Source of the DNA: Bacteroidota bacterium
GTDB lineage: Bacteria > Bacteroidota > Bacteroidia > Bacteroidales > CAYTAU01
Length of the DNA: 34,530 nt
NCBI GenBank assembly: GCA_043826845.1
Contig: JBDRPR010000561.1
Coordinates: 1-34,530, forward strand
Direction: 5' to 3'
Shown: positions 18,523-27,369 of the stretch, piece after piece
Layout of the letters: each line of letters opens with the position of its first letter
Position numbering within the stretch: position 1 is the stretch's first letter
Position numbers and translations under genes: made by a program
The notes under the pieces: model-generated
What the model was told of the DNA's origin: nothing
Database searches by the model: none
The model's input: only the letters and a program-made list of their open reading frames with translations

Positions 18523-20985
18523 TTACATTGGATCAACATCAATAACGATTAATAAGGACTTTGTGTTCTGATCAGTCAACAATTTATTAATTGATTTGCG
18601 AATTAACTCTTTTGCTTTAGAATAGGATTTTTCCCTTTCAATTTTAACTAATATCTGTTTTAAATAAAACTGCTGAATCCTTCCAATTATAGGTGCTTCG
18701 GGGCCTAGTATCCTATTTCCAAAAGTTTTTCGCAAATCTGCCGTTAAAGTTGATGCTGAAATATTTAGTTTATCTGTTTTTTTATGTTTTAAAGTTATTT
18801 TTATTAAGCGATAAAACGGGGGATATCTGAATTTATCTCTTTCTTCCATCTGTTCATCAAACATATTTCTGAATCTGTTATTTTTAACATGCTGTATAAT
18901 AGGATGATTAATATCACTTGTCTGAATAATCACTTTCCCTTGTTTCTGTTTTCTCCCTGCTCTACCGCTAACCTGAGTCATAAGCTGATAACTTCTTTCG
19001 TAAGCTCTGAAATCAGGATAGTTCAAAAGATTATCTGCATTCATTATACCCACGAGGCTTACATTGTCAAAATCAAGGCCCTTGGAAACCATTTGTGTTC
19101 CGATAAGAATATCAATTTTACGATTTTCAAAATCACCGATAATTCTTTCATATGATTTTCTGGAGTTTGCCGTATCAAGGTCCAGTCGGGCAATTTTATG
19201 ATTGGGACATAATAATGAAATGTCATCTTCTATTTTTTCAGTGCCAAAACCCATGGTACGCATTCCCTTAGATCCACATACGCTGCATAATTTTGGAATA
19301 TTTTTAGAGTACCCGCAATAATGACATACCATCTTATTATGGCTTTTATGATAAGTCAGGCTAACATCACAATATTCACACTTAGGAACCCATCCGCAAA
19401 CATTGCATTCTATAAATGGTGAAAAACCTCTCCTGTTTTGAAACAAAATCACCTGTTCTTTATCAGACAACGCCTTATAAATATTTTCCAGAAGCAAAGG
19501 GGTAAAATGTCCGTGCATAATTTTTCTTCTCCTGGCATCTTTTATATCAGACAACAATATTTCGGGCATTTTAATTTCCTTAAATCTATGCATTAATTCC
19601 ACCAGATCATATTTTCCGTTTATGGCATTATAATATGTTTCTGCTGATGGAGTAGCAGTTCCTAAAAGCACTTTTGCATTATGAAATTTTGCAAGCACAA
19701 TTGCACAGTCTCTGGCATGATATCGAGGAGCAGGATCGTACTGTTTGTATGTGTTTTCATGTTCCTCATCTATAATAATCAATCCCAGATTATCAAATGG
19801 AAGATATATTGAGGATCTTACTCCAAGAACAAGCTTGTAGCCATCATTTTGCTGCACCTTCATCCAGGTTTCAACCTTTTCTGAATCACTGAAACGTGAA
19901 TGATAAATCCCGACCGAATTCCCAAATGCTCTTTTTAATCTGTTAATTATCTGAGTAGTTAAAGCGATTTCAGGTAACAGATATAAAACCTGTTTTCCTT
20001 CATCCAAATATTTTTTAATCAGATGTATATAAATTTCAGTTTTCCCACTTGATGTAACACCAAACAACAGGCTTATATCTTTTTTTTCAAATCCCTTGAT
20101 TATCTGACTTAAAGTACTATCTTGAATTTTATTTAATTTGTGGAGTTCTGGACTGATATCGTTTTTATTATCCAATCTGCTGACTGATAAATCAAAAATT
20201 TGAAAAATATCTTTTTTAACCAGAGTTTGTAAAGAAGACTGCGACAATTTCTTTTCAGTCATCAGTTCTTTTTTACCGATATATGATATTTTTTTCGAAA
20301 CTAAAGAAGTCAATTGAATGAAATGCATAAGAATTTCAAGCTGTTTTGGAAATTTTTCCAGAATATCGAACAATCCATTGAGTTGTTTTTCACTTTTATA
20401 TTTTTCATTAAGCCTAATGAATTTTTCAGTTTTAGGTTTATATGTTTCCTTCAGTTTCTCAACAATTGAAACTGCCTTTTTGTTAACCAGAGATTTCAGG
20501 ATTTTCAAATCTTCATGTTCTTTGAACATTGAATGAAATTCACTTATAGAAATTACATTTTTTTCATGCAGAATTTCTATAAGGAGTTTTTCTTTTTCCG
20601 AAAGTTCTGAAAAACCAACATTTTCGTTTATAATAATATTGGATTCACTTTCCAGCTTAAGTCCTGACGGTAGTGCAGCTTTATATACTTCACCAGATGA
20701 GCACATATAATATTGAGCTATCCAGTCCCAGAATTGGAATTGAAAATCATTTATTATTGGTTTTTCATCGAGGACAGAAAGAATATCCTTTACCTCATAG
20801 TCTGTTGGCTGGATATTGTGAATATTTTTAACCAGTGCGGTATATATTTTTTTTGCACCAAATTGCACTACAACTCTGCACCCTCTGAAAATAATATTTT
20901 TAAATTCTTCAGGGATGTTATAAATGAATAAATTATCCAGAGGTAAGGGTAAAATTACATCTGCAAAAAGTGCTTTTTTTGTCAT
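18523..20985 (-). CDS. priA: Primosomal protein N' (replication restart helicase PriA)
   Basis: FADVILPLPL N-terminus, Walker A GVTSSGKTE, DEEH box (IIIDEEHE) and the Cys-rich zinc region CNVCGWVPKCEYCDVSLTYH...CHYCGY...CSVCGS. 820 aa. Confidence 0.95.
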   Translation of the reverse strand: MTKKALFADVILPLPLDNLFIYNIPEEFKNIIFRGCRVVVQFGAKKIYTALVKNIHNIQPTDYEVKDILSVLDEKPIINDFQFQFWDWIAQYYMCSSGEVYKAALPSGLKLESESNIIINENVGFSELSEKEKLLIEILHEKNVISISEFHSMFKEHEDLKILKSLVNKKAVSIVEKLKETYKPKTEKFIRLNEKYKSEKQLNGLFDILEKFPKQLEILMHFIQLTSLVSKKISYIGKKELMTEKKLSQSSLQTLVKKDIFQIFDLSVSRLDNKNDISPELHKLNKIQDSTLSQIIKGFEKKDISLLFGVTSSGKTEIYIHLIKKYLDEGKQVLYLLPEIALTTQIINRLKRAFGNSVGIYHSRFSDSEKVETWMKVQQNDGYKLVLGVRSSIYLPFDNLGLIIIDEEHENTYKQYDPAPRYHARDCAIVLAKFHNAKVLLGTATPSAETYYNAINGKYDLVELMHRFKEIKMPEILLSDIKDARRRKIMHGHFTPLLLENIYKALSDKEQVILFQNRRGFSPFIECNVCGWVPKCEYCDVSLTYHKSHNKMVCHYCGYSKNIPKLCSVCGSKGMRTMGFGTEKIEDDISLLCPNHKIARLDLDTANSRKSYERIIGDFENRKIDILIGTQMVSKGLDFDNVSLVGIMNADNLLNYPDFRAYERSYQLMTQVSGRAGRKQKQGKVIIQTSDINHPIIQHVKNNRFRNMFDEQMEERDKFRYPPFYRLIKITLKHKKTDKLNISASTLTADLRKTFGNRILGPEAPIIGRIQQFYLKQILVKIEREKSYSKAKELIRKSINKLLTDQNTKSLLIVIDVDPM

Positions 20986-21009
20986 TAAAGAAATAAGTTT
21001 TCTGAATTA

Positions 21010-21990
21010 TCAGACATTTAAAATATCTACAAGTTTCAGCATGGCTGTGTTTATTGTCTTATGATGTTTTGTTGTTTTAATAAAAGGGACATAGACGATT
21101 TGACGGTTTGTATAACCAATCATTATACTTTTTTGATTCTCCAGCAAAGCGTCAACAGCCGCTACTCCCATAATACTTGCAAGAAATCTGTCATAAGCAG
21201 AAGGACTACCGCCTCGTTGAATGTGTCCTAAAATTGTGACACGAACATCATAATCAGCAAACTCTTTTTCAACTTTTTTTGCAAGTTCCAAGGCACCTCC
21301 CGAATGATCACCCTCGGCTACAAGTATTATATTGCTTGATTTTTTTCTTCTGTTCCCATCCTCAAGATGAGATCTCAACATTTCAGCATGTGTCGGCACT
21401 TCAGGGATTACTATTGCTTCAGCACCACAGGCAATCCCGCTTCTTAGTGCAATAAAACCGGCATCCCTGCCCATAACTTCTATAAAAAATAAACGATTGT
21501 GAGAGCTTGCTGTATCTCTGATTTTATCGACAGCTTCAACAACGGTATTTAAAGCGGTGTCATAACCGATGGTATCATCAGTCCCGTATAAATCATTATC
21601 AATTGTTCCCGGCAATCCGACACATGGAATGTCATATTCTTCAGAAAAAATCTGGGCTCCCTTAAAAGTACCGTCACCGCCTATTACAACCAATGCATCA
21701 ATATCAAAAGCTTTTAGGTTTTCATAGGCAGTTTTTCGTCCTTCGGGAGTTTTAAATTCTTCACAACGATCAGTTTTTAATATTGTACCTCCACGCTGAA
21801 TAATATTTGCAACGTGGTGTGATTTCATTTCTTTTATATAACCAAACACCAAACCTGAATATCCGTGACGAACACCATAAATTTCAAGACCATTATATAT
21901 TGAAGCTCTGACTACTGCCCTGATTGCCGCATTCATTCCAGGAGAGTCTCCCCCCGAAGTCAGTACCGCAACTTTTTTAATTTTTGCCAT
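21010..21990 (-). CDS. pfkA: ATP-dependent 6-phosphofructokinase
   Basis: VAVLTSGGDSPGMNAAIRAVVR, IGGDGT, GLPGTIDNDL, MGRDAG and GHIQRGG motifs. The start is trimmed to MAKIKK (ATG 21988-21990). Confidence 0.95.
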   Translation of the reverse strand: MAKIKKVAVLTSGGDSPGMNAAIRAVVRASIYNGLEIYGVRHGYSGLVFGYIKEMKSHHVANIIQRGGTILKTDRCEEFKTPEGRKTAYENLKAFDIDALVVIGGDGTFKGAQIFSEEYDIPCVGLPGTIDNDLYGTDDTIGYDTALNTVVEAVDKIRDTASSHNRLFFIEVMGRDAGFIALRSGIACGAEAIVIPEVPTHAEMLRSHLEDGNRRKKSSNIILVAEGDHSGGALELAKKVEKEFADYDVRVTILGHIQRGGSPSAYDRFLASIMGVAAVDALLENQKSIMIGYTNRQIVYVPFIKTTKHHKTINTAMLKLVDILNV

Positions 21991-22266
21991 AATAAAGTTT
22001 AATTTGAACAAATGTACAGCATTTTTTTTTAACAGACATCTCTCCCGGAATATTTTGTGGATTCTGCATCCTCAATAAATCAGATCATAACGCCTGTTTG
22101 TGTGAAAGTTGCTTAGACACTGAGGATGAAAATTTATTAAGAACTCACCTTGCACACTAAGATTTTAATACAGCGTTAATATTATTTAATAACAATATTT
22201 TGAATTGTAAACAAAATATTTCTAAATTTAGGCATTAAGATTTCGCATAATATTCATAACAAAAAC

Positions 22267-22272
22267 AGGAGG
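22267..22272 (+). promoter_or_regulatory. Canonical Shine-Dalgarno (AGGAGG) 9 nt upstream of the prkA ATG
   Basis: aggagg at 22267-22272, spacer tacatccca, ATG at 22282. I saw no comparable SD upstream of the other gene starts I inspected in this window. Confidence 0.45.
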
Positions 22273-22281
22273 TACATCCCA

Positions 22282-24363
22282 ATGGCTCAAAAATTAACAA
22301 AAAATTCAGGTATTAAAAAAAGTCTGGAAATTCATGTTCAGAATGTAGTATCAGGAAAAAGATGTTTCGAAAATGTTTTTCAATCTGTTTCAAGAATGAT
22401 ATTGGATGGTGAAAACAAGATTGAAAAAGCAATTATTAACGGAAAAACTACTTACGATTTTAAAGTTTTCCGCGAAGGTAAAAAGCACATCATAGGGATG
22501 TATGATGAAATAAACAGCCTCGTTTCTTTTATAAAAGATGCTGCTGAAGGAGGATCAAGTTCGGAAATGGCTTTTGTTCTTATCGGAGAACCCGGAAACG
22601 GTAAAACTTATCTTGTTGATTTTTTAAGCAAACTGTACAGGGAATTTATTTCAAAACCTGAAAACCGAAGATATACTTTTCGCTTCACCGGTCTGGATAA
22701 AATCGGAGGATATGGTAAAATCAACTATGTAGAATCACAGACCTTCGAAGATCCGATGATTTTAGCCATGAATTTTTTTGATGAAAAAGATAAAAATCTT
22801 GAGTTTTTAAAGTCATGCGGTGCCTCTGAAAAACAGATTTCCGGTTATATGAAAAAACACAGACCTTTGGGTGCTTGTTCTTTCTATATTTTAGATCAGA
22901 TTAAAAATTACTGCGACGGTGACATGAATAAAGTTATGGATTTTATTGATATAGTTCCTGTTCCCATCAGTGAATCAAGAGGTACATTGACAGGGAAATA
23001 TGCTGCTAAAGATAAAATCACCTCATCGGCAGTTGATCTGCTGGGTGAAGAATCTATTTCCCGTTTACTGCATATTTCCGATACTGATAATCCATACAGA
23101 TTTGATTTGCGCAGAGGAGCTCTGGCAAGAGTTGCCGGAGGAGGAATTCACTTTGCTGATGAAATTTTTAAAAACAAAAAAGACCTTGTTCAGGTTTATC
23201 TCGGCGTAATACAAAACAGAAGCATTGAAGTCGAGGGATTTAAATGGCCTTTGGATACACTTATAATCGCCACAAGTAACAACTCGGAATTTGCCAGATT
23301 TCTTGAAGAAAAAGAACAAGCTCCGATTATTGATAGATGCAGGCTGACTTACATGTCACACAATACAAATTTCAGACTTCAGCAGGAATTAACCGATTAT
23401 GCTATCGGTAGTCTTGATAAAACAACTTTTACCGGAGAAAAACTTCATATTGATCCAAATCTGAATTATGCAGTTTCTGCATCTTTTATATTGACACGTA
23501 TGCCTTTATCAGATAAACTAACTCCGGTTGAAATGATGAAACTTTCTGCAGGGGAAGTTGCAGGTGAAAAAAGCATTAAAACTCTTTCAGAAGTGATTGA
23601 TGAACTGAATCGCGATCCTGATGTTACAAAAAGATTCGGACAAAAAGGTCTAGGTCACAGGAATCTGGGAAGAGCAATACAAATTTTACTTGAAGGGTCA
23701 GGAACTCAGGAAGGAAAATGTATGTATGCAGGTGATGTCTTTCTTGCAATCGAATCTGTGATATTAGACTATGTGTCAGATCCAAACGAAAGAACAAAAT
23801 ATTTAAATGACCTGAAAATAGCAAAAGGATTGCACAGGAAAAATGTAATGACCACTATTTTTAATGCATATATGGATGAACCCAATGCAGTTGAAAAAGA
23901 TGTAATGAATTATGTAAACATGATTATAGGTGTTGATGCTAAAAATTTAGGATCTGATAAAATCTGGACATATAAAGATCCTCAGACAGGTAAACTTGTG
24001 CCACTTAAAATAAATGAATCATTTATTAACAGTGTTGAAGAAAGACTTGGATTAAAAACTGATGAGCAAAAACAAAGTTATAGAACAACCATCTCAAAAA
24101 TATACGGTCAGAAAATGATCAAAGATCCGAATTACAATTTTATGGATAACAATGACCTTGTAAAAGCTGTAACTGACGTTCGACTGAAATCAGACATTGC
24201 CGGAGCAGGAAGCCTCGTTGGTGCGCTATCAAACAGGACCAATGAAGAAAACCAGAAACTCTATAACCGGATGATTGAAACTATGGTTAAAAAGCTACAT
24301 TATTGTTCAACATGTGCACAAAAAACAATTGAATATTTCTGCACTCAGGATGATGCAAACTAA
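22282..24363 (+). CDS. prkA: PrkA/YeaG-family AAA+ protein (annotated serine protein kinase PrkA)
   Basis: 693 aa. Walker A GEPGNGKTY, Walker B-like GGGIHFADE and overall collinearity with B. subtilis PrkA / E. coli YeaG as I recall them. The gene context (DUF444 and SpoVR follow) supports the call. Confidence 0.9.
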   Translation: MAQKLTKNSGIKKSLEIHVQNVVSGKRCFENVFQSVSRMILDGENKIEKAIINGKTTYDFKVFREGKKHIIGMYDEINSLVSFIKDAAEGGSSSEMAFVLIGEPGNGKTYLVDFLSKLYREFISKPENRRYTFRFTGLDKIGGYGKINYVESQTFEDPMILAMNFFDEKDKNLEFLKSCGASEKQISGYMKKHRPLGACSFYILDQIKNYCDGDMNKVMDFIDIVPVPISESRGTLTGKYAAKDKITSSAVDLLGEESISRLLHISDTDNPYRFDLRRGALARVAGGGIHFADEIFKNKKDLVQVYLGVIQNRSIEVEGFKWPLDTLIIATSNNSEFARFLEEKEQAPIIDRCRLTYMSHNTNFRLQQELTDYAIGSLDKTTFTGEKLHIDPNLNYAVSASFILTRMPLSDKLTPVEMMKLSAGEVAGEKSIKTLSEVIDELNRDPDVTKRFGQKGLGHRNLGRAIQILLEGSGTQEGKCMYAGDVFLAIESVILDYVSDPNERTKYLNDLKIAKGLHRKNVMTTIFNAYMDEPNAVEKDVMNYVNMIIGVDAKNLGSDKIWTYKDPQTGKLVPLKINESFINSVEERLGLKTDEQKQSYRTTISKIYGQKMIKDPNYNFMDNNDLVKAVTDVRLKSDIAGAGSLVGALSNRTNEENQKLYNRMIETMVKKLHYCSTCAQKTIEYFCTQDDAN

Positions 24364-24381
24364 TCCATAAAAAATCCGGGT

Positions 24382-25755
24382 ATGGGAAAAAAGAAAAAGG
24401 ATCTATCAGAGATTTTGAAAAAAAATCTTACTGAAGAGCAAAGAACTCTGATAGATAAAGAATTAGAAATTATCAAGCAAAATAAGTTGATTGGTTCCAA
24501 CAGACCATATCTGATTAATGAAATTTACAATTCCTCTGATCTTGAAATTCTTCAAAATATAAAACCGGAGGAGAATCCTCTTATTTCTGCCCTGAAAACT
24601 CTTGACGAGTTGATAGATCATGATAAACGAAGAGAAGCCGACGGGTTCCCACGCAAAATAAGGCTTGGAAAACTGGTAAAACCAACAAAAGAAAAGAATG
24701 GGAAAGTAATTATTGTCCCGACCACAAATGAAGGTAAATTTTATCATGATGATTCCATTACAGAAGAAGGTGAAGGAGAATCAACAGGAGGTGCCGGCGA
24801 AGGAGAAGAAGGAGAAGTTATAGGTGAACAGCAGGCACAACCACAACCCGGCGAAGGTGAAGGTCAGGGAGCTGGAGAAGGACAAGGATCAGATCATGAT
24901 ATTACACAGCAAGCTTATGACCTTGGTAAAATTCTTACAGAAAAATTTGAACTCCCGAACCTGAGAGAAAAAGGTAAAAAACGCAGCTTCTCAAAATACA
25001 CTTACGATCTTACAGACAGAAACAGGGGATTCGGACAAGTACTTGATAAAAAAGCAACTTTACGGAAGATCGTACAAACAAACATCGTACTGGGAAATAT
25101 TACAGAAAATCAACCATTTTCAGGTGAAAACCTGATTTTAAATCCAAGAGATCAGATTTACAGAATTTTATCTAAAGAAAAGGATTTTGAAACTCAGGCA
25201 GTTGTCTTTTTTGTCAGAGATTATTCAGGCTCAATGCAGGGCGAACCTACAGAAGTGATCTCAACCCAGCATTTATTGATTTACAGCTGGCTTATGTTCC
25301 AGTATCAGAACAATGTGATGACCCGCTTTATCCTTCATGATACTGACACAAAAGAGGTTAATGACTTTTACACTTATTATAGTTCTGCGGTTGCAGGTGG
25401 AACAAAAGTAGCCCCTGCTTTTGCCCGTGTAAACAAAATAATTGAAGAAGAGCAATTGGCAAAAGATTATAATATTTATGTTTTCTACGGAACCGATGGC
25501 GACGATTGGGACAGCGACGGCAAAGAACTTACTGAGGAAATTATTAAAATGTTGTATTCAGCAAACAGGTTAGGGATAACTGTTGCCAAGAATTCATGGA
25601 CATCAGAAGAAAAAGCGACGACAGTTGAAAATACAGTTAATAATTCGGGATTGCTTAATGAAAAACCCAAATTAATCAGAATGGACTCTTTTTCTGCATC
25701 CGGAGCTTCTGAAGACAGAATTATCGAGGGAATAAAAAAACTAGTAAGCCAATAG
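24382..25755 (+). CDS. yeaH: DUF444/UPF0229 protein (YeaH/YhbH family, vWA-like)
   Basis: A Gly/Glu-rich acidic tract (GEGESTGGAGEGEEGE...GEGEGQGAGEGQGS), then ELPNL and a MIDAS-like VRDYSGSM followed by YGTDGDDW. The start lies 18 nt after the prkA stop. Confidence 0.85.
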   Translation: MGKKKKDLSEILKKNLTEEQRTLIDKELEIIKQNKLIGSNRPYLINEIYNSSDLEILQNIKPEENPLISALKTLDELIDHDKRREADGFPRKIRLGKLVKPTKEKNGKVIIVPTTNEGKFYHDDSITEEGEGESTGGAGEGEEGEVIGEQQAQPQPGEGEGQGAGEGQGSDHDITQQAYDLGKILTEKFELPNLREKGKKRSFSKYTYDLTDRNRGFGQVLDKKATLRKIVQTNIVLGNITENQPFSGENLILNPRDQIYRILSKEKDFETQAVVFFVRDYSGSMQGEPTEVISTQHLLIYSWLMFQYQNNVMTRFILHDTDTKEVNDFYTYYSSAVAGGTKVAPAFARVNKIIEEEQLAKDYNIYVFYGTDGDDWDSDGKELTEEIIKMLYSANRLGITVAKNSWTSEEKATTVENTVNNSGLLNEKPKLIRMDSFSASGASEDRIIEGIKKLVSQ

Positions 25756-25757
25756 AA

Positions 25758-27368
25758 ATGGAATTAATCAGTCAGCATACAAAAAAGATCATGGAAGAAT
25801 GTAAGGTTCGTGCCCGGGATGCCGGCCTTAAATTCCAGAATGAGACTTTGGAGTATATTGTTACAAACCACGATATGCTCAATCTTTCTCCAAAAGTTAT
25901 GATTCCTACTCTTTATGATTACTGGGTTCATGACGTTGAAGTGATCAAAGGCCATGGAAAATACAAACTATATCCTTCAAATCCTTATGAAACTGTTATC
26001 AACTCACGTCCAGCCATTTCCTTCTATAACGATAACAATCCCGACTGGCTGAATATTATGATTTTTTACCATGTCCTTGCACATATTGATTTTTTTCAGA
26101 ACAACAGGATGTTTGAACATACATGGAATTACGATTTTGTGGGGCAGGCTCTTGCCGACAAAAGACTGATGGCAGGATTAAGGAGTGAATATGGCCGATG
26201 GGTCGATTATGTAATTGAATTCAGTCGCAGTATTGATAATCTGGTTGGTTATTTTTATCAGATTTCACAAATTAATTGTCCGAAAAATCTGGATCCCTCA
26301 GCAAAATTAAATTTCTATTTTGATACTTTTTTACAGGAATTTGAAAATATCAACAACATTGAATTATTTAAAGAAGTTAAGCGTTATAATCAATTATATG
26401 AACAGAATTCTGAAATGGCTGAATCGGTTTTCTTTTCTGAAGTCAGAATAAAATATCCCGAATTTCAGGCTAAGTTTGAAAAATTTGCAGAATCTGCAAA
26501 CAATCCCAAACAGGATATAATGGAATTTATTCATGATAATTCTCCATTTTTAAGAAAAGCTGAAAACACATGGATGAAATCAGTAATGAACATCATAAGA
26601 AACACATCCTTATATTTTCAGCCACAAATACGCACAAAAATTATTAACGAAGGTTGGGCAAGCTACTGGCATGATGAGCTTTTCAGAAATGATGACCGTA
26701 TAAAAGGACATGAATCGGGATATGCCAGAATAAATGCTGGAGTTACTTCAATAAGAAGAATCGGGTTAAACCCTTATGCTATAGGATTGCGACTGATTCA
26801 GCATATCGAAAATTTATCAAATCAGGGAAAAATGAACTTTGATTTTCAAAAAACTCAACAAATTGAATCCAGAAAAAATTACAATAAAAAAACAGGGAAA
26901 GGAAGAGAAACAATTTTCGATCTGAGAAAACATTTTTCTGATTTTACATTGATAAACACATTTGTTGATCAGGATTTTGTCGATGAGTACAACTTGTTTG
27001 TTGTAGGATCGCATTTGGATGAAAACAGAGGTGTTATTCAGTATTATGTAAAAAGCCGTAAAGCTGAAGATTATAAAAATATGTTGATTGAATCTCTTTA
27101 TCACCCGCCTGTACTGAATGTTGACACAGACAATACAGATGATTCATTAATTTACCTTGTTCATAAATTTGAAGGAAAACAGCTTATAAAACAATTTATT
27201 CCAGAAACTTTAATGGGAATAGAATTTTTATGGGGAGGGCAGGCTGAACTTGAAACTACTGAGATCATAAATACAGGAACTCAGGACGATGAAGGAAATC
27301 CTGTTTATGACTTCGTGAAAGTTGTATATTCGATGAAAGATAAAAAACTGACAAAACAAGAATTATAA
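25758..27368 (+). CDS. spoVR: SpoVR/YcgB-family protein
   Basis: The signature IINEGWASYWH plus HVLAHIDFF; 536 aa. The start lies 2 nt after the yeaH stop. Confidence 0.9.
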   Translation: MELISQHTKKIMEECKVRARDAGLKFQNETLEYIVTNHDMLNLSPKVMIPTLYDYWVHDVEVIKGHGKYKLYPSNPYETVINSRPAISFYNDNNPDWLNIMIFYHVLAHIDFFQNNRMFEHTWNYDFVGQALADKRLMAGLRSEYGRWVDYVIEFSRSIDNLVGYFYQISQINCPKNLDPSAKLNFYFDTFLQEFENINNIELFKEVKRYNQLYEQNSEMAESVFFSEVRIKYPEFQAKFEKFAESANNPKQDIMEFIHDNSPFLRKAENTWMKSVMNIIRNTSLYFQPQIRTKIINEGWASYWHDELFRNDDRIKGHESGYARINAGVTSIRRIGLNPYAIGLRLIQHIENLSNQGKMNFDFQKTQQIESRKNYNKKTGKGRETIFDLRKHFSDFTLINTFVDQDFVDEYNLFVVGSHLDENRGVIQYYVKSRKAEDYKNMLIESLYHPPVLNVDTDNTDDSLIYLVHKFEGKQLIKQFIPETLMGIEFLWGGQAELETTEIINTGTQDDEGNPVYDFVKVVYSMKDKKLTKQEL

Positions 27369-27369
27369 T

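Noticed and set aside
24764-24890. Purine-rich GAAGG-type repetitive tract
   Set aside because: It encodes the Gly/Glu-rich acidic linker that is a normal feature of YeaH/DUF444 proteins. It is not a CRISPR array or a non-coding tandem repeat.
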